DNA of 63,961 nt, the filler included, from a bacterium (GTDB lineage: Bacteria; UBA9089; CG2-30-40-21; SBAY01), in the NCBI GenBank assembly GCA_040757115.1. It is 5 parts of 5 records of this genome, joined end to end, with 100 filler letters (N's around TTAATTAATTAA, not from the genome) between each part and the next. Parts side by side here need not be neighbours in the genome. Positions count along the whole stretch, not along the records: positions 40,963 to 54,443 come from JBFLYA010000106.1; positions 54,544 to 63,961 come from JBFLYA010000146.1; 3 more parts are not named here. One strand, written 5' to 3'. A program made the translations under genes and the position numbers. The notes under the pieces are model-generated. The model was not told where the DNA came from and did no database searches. It saw nothing but the letters and a program-made list of their open reading frames with translations. Shown here piece by piece: positions 50,651-59,265 of the stretch. The number at the start of each line of letters is the position of its first letter. Positions within the stretch are counted from its first letter, which is position 1.

Positions 50651-52798
50651 GTGAAAAATGAAAATGCCAGATGTATATTTTCACCTAAATCAATTGCGGT
50701 TATAGGCGCCTCTACTCATCAAGATGCAGTAGGCAGGACTTTGTTTGCCAATATATTGTTTTCTGGATATACAGGTATTGTCTATCCGGTAAATCCGAAG
50801 GCAAGAGGCATTTTAGGCGTTAGGGCATATCACTCTGTCTGGGATATTCCAGGGGGAGTAGATCTGGCTGTAATTATCGTGCCAGCATCAAGCGTGCCTG
50901 GTGTTATGGAGGAATGTGGAGAAAAGGGTATAAAAGCCGCCATAATCATCAGTGCTGGATTTAAAGAAATAGGTGAAAAAGGAGCACAGATTGAAAAAAC
51001 GGTGATAGAGATTGCGAAAAAATATTCTATTGCGGTTCTTGGCCCCAATTGTCTTGGTATAATTAATACTGACCCGGAGATTTCTTTTAATGCGACTTTT
51101 GTTACAAGTATGCTAAAACCCGGTAATATCGCCTTTATTTCTCAATCCGGTGCCCTGGGTGTAGCGGCACTTGAATATGCCTCAGACAATAATATCGGGC
51201 TGTCAAAATTCGTCTCGATTGGGAATAAATCTGATTTAACCGAAACTGATATGCTGGCGATGATGAAGGATGACCCAAATACAGATGTGATTCTGCTTTA
51301 TCTTGAGGACCTCACAGACCCCAGAAGATTCTTAGAACTGGCAAGAGAGATAACCGGGGATATTCCTGAAAGAAAGCCAATATTAGCCATAAAATCAGGA
51401 CGCACTATCGAAGGAGCAAAAGCGGCTTCGTCTCATACCGGGGCATTAGCCAGTTCAGACGACGTTTATGAATATTTCTTCCATCAATGTGGCGTGTTAA
51501 GGGTAGAAACGCTTGAAGAACTATTTGATTATGCCCGCGCATTTGCCAATCAACCACTTCCAAAAGGAAATCAAGTCGCAATTATCACTAATGGTGGTGG
51601 TCCCGGGATAATGGCAACAGATATTTGTATCAGATATGGCATGCAATTAGCACATTTTGATAAAAAAACTACCTCAAAGTTAAAAAATGGCTTACCACCA
51701 AGTTCAAATATAAATAACCCCATTGACCTTATTGGAGATGCCAGAGAAGACCGCTATGCACTTGCCTTGAAATCTGTTCTGGAAGATAAAAATGTAGATG
51801 GTGTCATAATTGTTATCTGCACTATTCAGCCAATAACTACCTTACAAAATATCGCTTATGTTATTACAGAAATGATGCCCAAATACCAGAAACCTATTAT
51901 GGTTTGCTGGATGGGAATAACTGATATATCCAGTGTTTTAAAGATTCTTGATGAAAAAAATATCCCGCATTATAAATTTCCAGAAGTGGCGTCAAGAGCA
52001 CTGGCAAAGATGTGCGAATATACTCAATGGGTAGCACGACCTCGAACACAGGTTCGAATATTCAATGATGTTGATAAAAAGAAAGTAGAAGAAGTCATTT
52101 CTCTTGCAAAAACACAAAAAAGAAGATTTTTACCCGAGCCAGAGACTTATGAGATTTTAAAGGCGTATGGATTCCCGGTGTTAGACTTCCGATTAGCAAA
52201 AAATGAACAAGAAGCCACTCAATACGCTCAGGAAATCGGCTATCCAGTAGCCTTGAAGATAGTTTCTCCAGAAATCCTTCATAAACTGGATGTGGGTGGC
52301 GTCCGATTAAATATTGAAAATGAAAATGATTTGAGAAAGGCATATCAGGAGATGACTCTGAAATTTACTAACTACACTGTTTGGGGTATCCTTGTTCAAA
52401 AGATGGCAAAGAAAGGGAAAGAAATCATTCTTGGGATGAATAAAGATTTACAGTTTGGCAATTTGCTTATGTTTGGATTAGGTGGTGCTTATGTCGAGGT
52501 ATTAAAAGATGTAACATTCAGGATTGCTCCAATTCGTGAACTTGGTGCTTACAATATGATAGAAGAGATTCGCGGCTATAAAATATTGACCGGTTATCGA
52601 GGTGAAAAACCATCTGATATTGACATCATTGCTGAATGTTTAGAAAGGTTATCCCAGTTAGTATGTGATTTTGAAGAAATAGAGGAATTAGATATTAACC
52701 CTTTGATTGTGTTTGAAAAAGGTAAAGGGGCAAAGATAGTTGATGCCCGTATCTTGATATTATCCTTACCCACATCTTTTACTGGACAATGTTATTAA
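50651..52798 (+). CDS. Acetate--CoA ligase (ADP-forming), fused alpha/beta
   Basis: PKSIAVIGAS, GPNCLG, ISQSGA, SHTGALA, NPIDL, GYPVALKIVSPEILHK, MFGLGG, ELDINPL, DARI. Confidence 0.92.
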   Translation: MKNENARCIFSPKSIAVIGASTHQDAVGRTLFANILFSGYTGIVYPVNPKARGILGVRAYHSVWDIPGGVDLAVIIVPASSVPGVMEECGEKGIKAAIIISAGFKEIGEKGAQIEKTVIEIAKKYSIAVLGPNCLGIINTDPEISFNATFVTSMLKPGNIAFISQSGALGVAALEYASDNNIGLSKFVSIGNKSDLTETDMLAMMKDDPNTDVILLYLEDLTDPRRFLELAREITGDIPERKPILAIKSGRTIEGAKAASSHTGALASSDDVYEYFFHQCGVLRVETLEELFDYARAFANQPLPKGNQVAIITNGGGPGIMATDICIRYGMQLAHFDKKTTSKLKNGLPPSSNINNPIDLIGDAREDRYALALKSVLEDKNVDGVIIVICTIQPITTLQNIAYVITEMMPKYQKPIMVCWMGITDISSVLKILDEKNIPHYKFPEVASRALAKMCEYTQWVARPRTQVRIFNDVDKKKVEEVISLAKTQKRRFLPEPETYEILKAYGFPVLDFRLAKNEQEATQYAQEIGYPVALKIVSPEILHKLDVGGVRLNIENENDLRKAYQEMTLKFTNYTVWGILVQKMAKKGKEIILGMNKDLQFGNLLMFGLGGAYVEVLKDVTFRIAPIRELGAYNMIEEIRGYKILTGYRGEKPSDIDIIAECLERLSQLVCDFEEIEELDINPLIVFEKGKGAKIVDARILILSLPTSFTGQCY

Positions 52799-53219
52799 CT
52801 ATGCATTCATTCACAATTCACCATTCACAATTCACCATTGTTTCCCTTTCCCATTTTTTCCTCTTTTCCCCTTTTTCCTTATGGACACTTGAACAGTTAC
52901 AAAAAAAAGATATTTTCCTCTCTGTTCCTCTGCGTCTCTGCGGTAAATTACCACCTGAACGGTTACCGGGAAAAGGTTATTTACTTTTATTACAGTCACC
53001 CTCAATTCATTTTCCTTGACATTTTGATTTAATTGTGATAAAATATCTCCAGTGCAATTAGAATTAATCTCCTGTCGTGTTGAACAAATAATGCAGGGAA
53101 TTTGATTCTGGTAACTGGTGATTGGTAACTGGTAATTAAATACCGTTTGGCTGATTTCAGGACGAAACTATTTAACCAGTTACCAGTTACCAATTCTGAT
53201 AACAGAGGTCGAAAAATCT

Positions 53220-53575
53220 GGTGGTGTCTTAATCTAGCATAAAGGTTAAAATAGTGTATAGGGTTCTGCAAAATAGGATTTGAGGGAGACAACAAATAAA
53301 TATCAAATATCAAATATTAAATATCAAATATAAATATCAAAATGCAAAATTACAAATCAAATTTCAAAGAGGGAGTAACAAGGTTTCTCAAAGAGTTGGA
53401 GGAATTTGGTAATATCTTTGCTTCAAGTATTTTAACGCTGAAAGGAAAGAGATAATTTTACATTTTGATATGTAATTTTTATATTTGCTTTTTGCATTTT
53501 GCTCTTTGGAGGAAATCCCTTTTGGACACCAAATCTGCATAGATTTCACTATTAGAGTTATTTTCAGACACCACC
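53220..53575. mobile_element. Family B element with a four-helix-bundle mini-ORF core
   Basis: Same termini as 10652-10851, TSD AAAAATCT; the core matches the core of family E element 50323-50615. Confidence 0.92.
53342..53455 (+). pseudogene. In-frame internally deleted four-helix-bundle gene (37 aa)
   Basis: MQNYKSNFKEGVTRFLKELEEFGNIFASSILTLKGKR-stop; the ends resemble IVP-family termini. Confidence 0.7.
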
Positions 53576-53597
53576 AAAAATCTGGAGGATGAAAAAG

Positions 53598-54080
53598 ATG
53601 CGACATACTATCTCAGTGTTAGTCGAGAATAAATTTGGGGTTTTAGCCCGTGTAGCGGGATTATTTTCTGGCCGTGGCTTTAATATTGATTCCTTATGCG
53701 TTGCCGAAACTGACGACCCAACTATGTCAATGATGACGATTGTTACTCACGGTGATAATAAGATAATCGAGCAGATTGAAAAACAACTCAATAAACTTAT
53801 TGATGTCATTAAGGTCAGTGATTTAACTAAAGAAGAACATGTCGAAAGAGAGCTGGTTTTGATAAAGGTTACAACAGAAAACGGTAGTCGGGCGGAAATT
53901 ATGGAGATTGTTGATATCTTCCGGGCAAAGATTATTGATGTTGGACAGAAAACCATAATTGTGGAAACCACTGGTGACGAAGATAAACTGAAAGCCTTGA
54001 TTAACCTGCTGAAGCCTTTTGGAATAAAAGAGATAGTTAGAACAGGTAAAATCGCCCTATCCAGAGGAACGAAGGGGTAG
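53598..54080 (+). CDS. ilvN: Acetolactate synthase small (regulatory) subunit
   Basis: MRHTISVLVENKFGVLARVAGLFSGRGFNIDSL...QIEKQLNKLIDVIKV...EIVRTG. Confidence 0.97.
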   Translation: MRHTISVLVENKFGVLARVAGLFSGRGFNIDSLCVAETDDPTMSMMTIVTHGDNKIIEQIEKQLNKLIDVIKVSDLTKEEHVERELVLIKVTTENGSRAEIMEIVDIFRAKIIDVGQKTIIVETTGDEDKLKALINLLKPFGIKEIVRTGKIALSRGTKG

Positions 54081-54082
54081 TC

Positions 54083-54376
54083 GTAACCGTTCACCGCAGA
54101 GACACACAGACGCAGAGAAGAAAATTAAAATTTATGGACGATACGCTTAACATCCCTGATTTTCATCAGTGCAAGCTCTTGAGTCCAACAACATTAAACT
54201 TGCCCTGATGAAAATCAGGGATGGATTAACAAATCTGGCTTGCCGGCTGAACATTCGGCAAGCAGGTCCTATGTATTTCAATGGCTGCACCAATAATCTT
54301 TTCTGTTATCTGATTCATTTCCATATCTTCTCTGTTCCTCTGCGTCTCTGCGGTAAATTACCACCTGAACGGTTAC
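54083..54376. mobile_element. Family A element with a GxxExxY remnant and nested 73-bp hairpin (54151-54223)
   Basis: TIR; 8-bp TSD GGGTAGTC containing the ilvN stop; minus-strand MEMNQITEKIIGAAIEIHRT and KRIVHKF-stop. Confidence 0.93.
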
Positions 54377-54407
54377 GGGTAGTCAAATTTCACAGGGAAA
54401 TAATCCG

Positions 54408-54443
54408 ATGAAAATACTTCCATTAGCCTTTGATTCTTTAGGC
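54408..54443 (+). CDS. Start of a probable UPF0282-like metallo-beta-lactamase-fold protein, cut by the contig end
   Basis: Only MKILPLAFDSLG is visible. Confidence 0.4.
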
Positions 54444-54543
54444 NNNNNNNNNNNNNNNNNNNNNNNNNNNNNNNNNNNNNNNNNNNNTTAATTAATTAAN
54501 NNNNNNNNNNNNNNNNNNNNNNNNNNNNNNNNNNNNNNNNNNN
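54444..54543. other. Artificial contig linker
   Basis: N44-TTAATTAATTAA-N44. Confidence 0.98.
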
Positions 54544-55632
54544 AATTTGGATATTTAAAAAATTCACTTGTATCCGAACATACTATTTTTGTGCCTTTTT
54601 AGGGATATAAGTCAAGAAAAATATTTTTAAAAAAACTTAATTTTTTACTTGACATTTCACCATAAGACTTGAAAAAGATGTCCACTTCTTCGGTTATGCC
54701 TACGATTATGATAAACAGTTGTTCAAGTGAATTCTATAATCAAGTGAGTGTTGACATATCTTTTCATCTATATAATTTGATGAATATTGCATAATATCAA
54801 TTCTATAAAGTTTTTGCCTTTTTGTCAACACGAATGCACACGAATAAGAAGCAAATATTCCCCCTTAATAAAGGGGCTTAGGGAGTTGTTGACCCATAGG
54901 CGTTAAGATATAAGGCTTATTAAAGAGGCAGAAATTAACTAAAATTGATATAATCCATTGAAAAAGAATAGATTGGATATAGATGTAAAGATACTCCAAT
55001 TTTTCATTTATGATCAAAATCTTATGATATGAATTAGTGAATACTCCATGTAACTGGTGTTTCGTGAATTTTTTATGATTCCTTTTGCCTTTAATCTTTG
55101 CGTTCTTTGCGGTTAAAAAAGGATAAACCACAAAGGGCACAAAGTAGTAACGCAAAGGAGACAAAGGGAAGAAAATAGGTGAAGCATTTTTTATCAACTC
55201 AACTTCAAAGGATAAGTTGCAAAAAAATCATCAGGCTTTTGAGCCTAATTTTGCCCTCTTTGAGCAAAATAAACAGATTGATAAGGATTCAAGATAGCCT
55301 CAATGGCTCCTTAAATTAACGAAACTCCAGGGAAAGATTTTGGTAAAATATTCCCATCATGGGCAAACCCCGTTAGAAATGTTGCGAAGCAAAAAATGCC
55401 CAAAAAAGTAAATTCCTATCAGTTAAAAAAGGGATAAGAGGGTTTTTGATAATTATGTTTCACCGAGAATTGCTGAAAATAATAAAAAATTGTTGACAGA
55501 AATAATATATTGTGATATGCTTAACAAAGGGGTAGGTTCTCTAAAAGATACCTAACTAATTTTGTAGATTGTAATTCTAAACAACAAACCAAAATCGTTG
55601 AGGATGGGATTTGAAGGAGGATTTCTGACCAA

Positions 55633-56079
55633 ATGAAGAAAATAGTTAGTTTAGTAGTTTTTGGTATAGTTTGGGGGATGATGTGGACATCTGTTGCCTA
55701 TGCTGATTTAACCAAACAGGATATTGAGGAGATAAGGAAGATTGTAAGGGAGGAAATTCAAAGAGAGATTGTTTATGTAAATCAGCGGATAGATAATCTT
55801 GAGACCAGTTTAAACAAGCGGATAGATGATATAAACAAACGGATAGATGATACAAACAAGCGGATAGATGATTTGAAGGATTTGCTTTATGTCATTTTAG
55901 CAGGTATGTTTGCATTAGCAGGCTTTGTTATCTGGGATAGGAGGACAGCCCTTGCCCCTGCGGTTAAAAAAGCAAAGGAACTTGAGGAGAGAGAAGAAAG
56001 GATAGAAAAGGCGCTCAAGGAATATGCGATTCAACAACCTAAATTAGCAGCGGTTTTAAGAGAAGTTGGAATTTTGTAA
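55633..56079 (+). CDS. Signal-peptide plus coiled-coil plus TM protein with KRIDD heptad repeats
   Basis: AAGGAGG RBS; signal peptide ending AYA; 21-bp repeats at about 55812-55873; TM followed by WDRRTALAP. Confidence 0.8.
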   Translation: MKKIVSLVVFGIVWGMMWTSVAYADLTKQDIEEIRKIVREEIQREIVYVNQRIDNLETSLNKRIDDINKRIDDTNKRIDDLKDLLYVILAGMFALAGFVIWDRRTALAPAVKKAKELEEREERIEKALKEYAIQQPKLAAVLREVGIL

Positions 56080-56088
56080 AAATTTGAG

Positions 56089-56517
56089 GTAACTATTCAC
56101 CACGAAGAGCACGAAGGACATAAAGATGTTACAGAACAAATCCCTTTATGCCTTCTTTTAATCTTTCCACATTGAAATTTATCAATAGACCAACCTTGAT
56201 ATTTGCCAATTTCATATATGGTAATGGGTCAGTGAAATGGGGGATTCTCCTGAAAGTAGGAAGTAGGAGAGTAGGAAAGTAGGAAAGGGGGAGACATTGC
56301 CCCCAGAAGAGGAATACCGTGCACATCCTTTATCCCTTTCCTACTTACCTACTACCTACTTGCCTACTATTTTCATTGCTTTGTCCTCCGCAGGTTAATG
56401 TTCATTTCCCCAAATAACTGATTTATTACCATATATGTCAATATTTGAGCTTCATGAATTCGATAATTCATCAAATTTCACTTCGTGCTCTCCGTGCCCT
56501 TCGTGGTGAATAGTTAC
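56089..56517. mobile_element. Family A element with GxxExxY ends and GTAGGAA/TTCCTAC arms
   Basis: TIR; near-TSD AATTT(G/T)AG; minus-strand YMKLANIKVGLLINFNVERLKEGIKGFVL-stop and KFDELSN. Confidence 0.88.
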
Positions 56518-56713
56518 AATTTTAGTAGGTTTTACCAAAATAGTAGAAGATATTTTTAAAAAAATTCTCGGTCAGCCTCTTGACAAAAGTTAAAAAATAT
56601 GCTATTGTTAGAAATATAGTAGATACAGGTTGGATAAAAAGGTTAAAGGAGCGAGGGTAAAAGACCTTCCTCCGTGTTTCTTTCTCCTTCACTATGGAGG
56701 GGAAGAAAATTTG

Positions 56714-56897
56714 CCACCTGTGCGATTAGACTAATTCATCGCAGAGACGCAAAGGAAAAATAAATGTAAAATGTAAAATAGGAAATGAAAAATGGGAAAT
56801 TTTAGGACTTCGCAAGACTCATTACCTTTCAGTTATACATTTTCATTTTACATTTCTCATTTTGCATTATCCATTTTACATTTAACCGCACAGGTCG
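56714..56897. mobile_element. Family F element (C(C/G)ACCTGTGCG TIR) with AAAATGT arms
   Basis: CCACCTGTGCGATT...AACCGCACAGGTCG; 8-bp TSD AAAATTTG. Confidence 0.88.
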
Positions 56898-56980
56898 AAA
56901 ATTTGTCTGTTGGAGAAGACCAATAAAATCAACACTCAGTTTTATCCGAGAGCGTTCTACTAAAAAAAAGGGGGTTAAAA

Positions 56981-58045
56981 ATGGTAAATATTAATGAATT
57001 ACTTAAAAAAATGATAGAAAAGGAGGCTTCTGATTTACATATGAAAGTCGGCAGTCCACCTTCATTACGAATTTATGGGAAACTGTATCCTATTGAAGGA
57101 TATAGTGTTCTGACTAAAGATGACACAAAAGCAATGGTAAATGCAATAACGACGGATGAACTAAAAAGGAGATTTGAGGAGGAGTCAGAGTTAGATACGG
57201 CATATACGGCAGAAGGGATAGGTCGATTTCGAGTGAATTTATTTCAGCAACAACGGACTTTTGGAGCGGTATTTCGCCATATCCCACTTAAAATAAGGAA
57301 TTTTGAGGAGTTGGTGCTACCGGCACCAGTTTTAGGGACATTGTCTAATTTACAGCGTGGATTAGTTATTGTTACAGGTCCTACTGGCAGTGGTAAATCG
57401 ACAACATTAGCCGCGATAATGAATAATATCAATTTAACTCAACGCAAACATATCGTTACGATTGAAGACCCAATTGAATATGTTTTTGAGGATAAGATGT
57501 CAATTATTAATCAACGGGAGTTAGGCGTAGATACTAAATCTTTTAGTAATGCTTTACGCCGGGTATTACGGCAGGACCCTGATGTGATTATGGTTGGTGA
57601 GATGCGTGATTTAGAAACGATGAGTTTGACACTTTTAGCGGCTGAAACCGGTCATCTGGTTCTGGCAACGATGCATACCAGTGGTGTGGTTTTAGCTATT
57701 GATAGGCTTATTGATTCTTTTCCATCAGAACAACAACCTCAGGTTCGGATGCAATTATCACTGATATTAGAAGGTGTGATTTCTCAGGTATTGATTCCTC
57801 GAGCTGATGGAAAAGGTAGAGTTGTTGCCGTAGAAATCCTTATGGGCACACCGGCGATTAGAAACTTGATTCGTGAAGGAAAAACTCACCAGATGACTAC
57901 TCTTATCCATACGGGCGGACAATTTGGAATGCAGACAGTAGAACAGGCATTAAAAGTTCTATATCAAAAAAATTTAGTTTCCTTTGAAGAGGCCTATGCC
58001 GCCTCTCATGATGCAGAAACCTTTAGAAAATTAGTTGGAAGATAA
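56981..58045 (+). CDS. pilT: Type IV pilus retraction ATPase PilT
   Basis: ASDLH, GPTGSGKSTTLAA, TIEDPIE, LRQDPDVIMVGEMRD, AETGHLV, AIRNLIRE, GMQT. Confidence 0.96.
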   Translation: MVNINELLKKMIEKEASDLHMKVGSPPSLRIYGKLYPIEGYSVLTKDDTKAMVNAITTDELKRRFEEESELDTAYTAEGIGRFRVNLFQQQRTFGAVFRHIPLKIRNFEELVLPAPVLGTLSNLQRGLVIVTGPTGSGKSTTLAAIMNNINLTQRKHIVTIEDPIEYVFEDKMSIINQRELGVDTKSFSNALRRVLRQDPDVIMVGEMRDLETMSLTLLAAETGHLVLATMHTSGVVLAIDRLIDSFPSEQQPQVRMQLSLILEGVISQVLIPRADGKGRVVAVEILMGTPAIRNLIREGKTHQMTTLIHTGGQFGMQTVEQALKVLYQKNLVSFEEAYAASHDAETFRKLVGR

Positions 58046-58048
58046 ACA

Positions 58049-58999
58049 ATGAAAAAAGAAAGCTTAGTTGTTACAGCTATTTTACTTTTGTGTATAATTT
58101 CAATTGGTCTGGGAGTCTATTCGATTTTCCTTCGCCAGGAACAGATTGTAGAAGAGGCATTATTCCCAAAGGGATTATTGCCAGAAAAAAAGAAGATAGC
58201 AGTAGTTCATATTTATGGAGCGATTACTCTTTCAGATGATGTTGGGGGGTTGTATAAACCATTTCGTGGCACACAATATATCATTGACCAACTTAAAAAA
58301 TTTAAGAAAGAACCAAATATTGCCGCAGTAATATTAAGAATAAATAGCCCCGGCGGAACAGTTGCCGCAGTTCAAGAGATATATCAGCAAATACAAGAAC
58401 TTAAAAAGGCAAAGAAAAAAGTAGTTGTTTCCATTGGAGACATATCCGCCTCAGGGGCATATTATATTGCCTGTGGTGCAGATAAAATTGTGGCTAATCA
58501 GGGTTCTTTAATCGGTAGTATTGGTGTCATTATGACTCTGCCCAGTATCCATGGATTTCTTGAAAAGGTAGGGGTAAAATTTAATATCATTAAAAGTGGG
58601 AAATATAAAGATATTGGTTCTGCTTTTAAAGAAATGAATGAAGAAGAAAAAGTAATCCTTCAAGGAGTAATTGATAATGCCTATAACCAATTTTTTAATG
58701 TTGTGGCTGAAAACAGACCAGAGATTAAGAAAGAAAAACTAATGAGCCTTGCTGATGGTCGGATATTCACCGGTGAGCAGGCAAAGGAAGTTGGATTAAT
58801 CGATGAATTAGGAACTTATGAAGATGTAATAAAATTCACGGCTAAATTGGCAAATATTGAAGGTGAACCAGTAGTTGTTGAGGAAGAAAAGTCACTTAAA
58901 CGCCTATTAGACTTTATGGAAATCAAAAACCCATTTGAAAAAATCCAGCAAGATTCTACAAAAGCCCTTCTCGAATATAGATATATTCCAGGAATATGA
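58049..58999 (+). CDS. sppA: Signal peptide peptidase SppA (S49)
   Basis: LRINSPGG, SASGAYYIA, GSIGVI, KSGKYKD, DGRIFTGEQA..GLIDELG. Confidence 0.95.
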   Translation: MKKESLVVTAILLLCIISIGLGVYSIFLRQEQIVEEALFPKGLLPEKKKIAVVHIYGAITLSDDVGGLYKPFRGTQYIIDQLKKFKKEPNIAAVILRINSPGGTVAAVQEIYQQIQELKKAKKKVVVSIGDISASGAYYIACGADKIVANQGSLIGSIGVIMTLPSIHGFLEKVGVKFNIIKSGKYKDIGSAFKEMNEEEKVILQGVIDNAYNQFFNVVAENRPEIKKEKLMSLADGRIFTGEQAKEVGLIDELGTYEDVIKFTAKLANIEGEPVVVEEEKSLKRLLDFMEIKNPFEKIQQDSTKALLEYRYIPGI

Positions 59000-59015
59000 T
59001 AGGGTTTCACGAAAG

Positions 59016-59256
59016 GTAACTATTCAGCCACTGATTAACACGGATTAGCACGGATAAATACAGAGGTCAGAAGATAGAAGGCAGAGAGCAGAAGGCAGAG
59101 GGCAGAGGAGAAAGGGGGAAACAGGAGAAACGGAGAAAGGGAGAAATCTGTGTCCTCTGCGGTAAAATCTTGCGAAAATCTGTGTAATCTGCGGATTATT
59201 TTCAGGTCACGAATTTTCAGTGTTTCATCCGTGTCCATCTGTGGCTGAATAGTTAC
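59016..59256. mobile_element. Family A element between convergent sppA and pcrA
   Basis: Perfect 16-bp TIR GTAACTATTCAGCCAC; CACGGAT and GCAGAAG repeats inside; no TSD seen. Confidence 0.85.
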
Positions 59257-59265
59257 TTTACTTTT

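Noticed and set aside
52789-53606. Short ORFs in spacers (for example 52789, 52838, 53029, 53388, 54169, 17300, 59035, 63561)
   Set aside because: They translate repeat-element DNA with heptamer-derived peptides and have no RBS or family motifs
55361-55401. c-di-GMP-I riboswitch-like GGGCAAACC...GCAAA
   Set aside because: Lacks the GAAA-capped P2 stem pairing; AAACCCCGTTAGAAAT looks more like another repeat end
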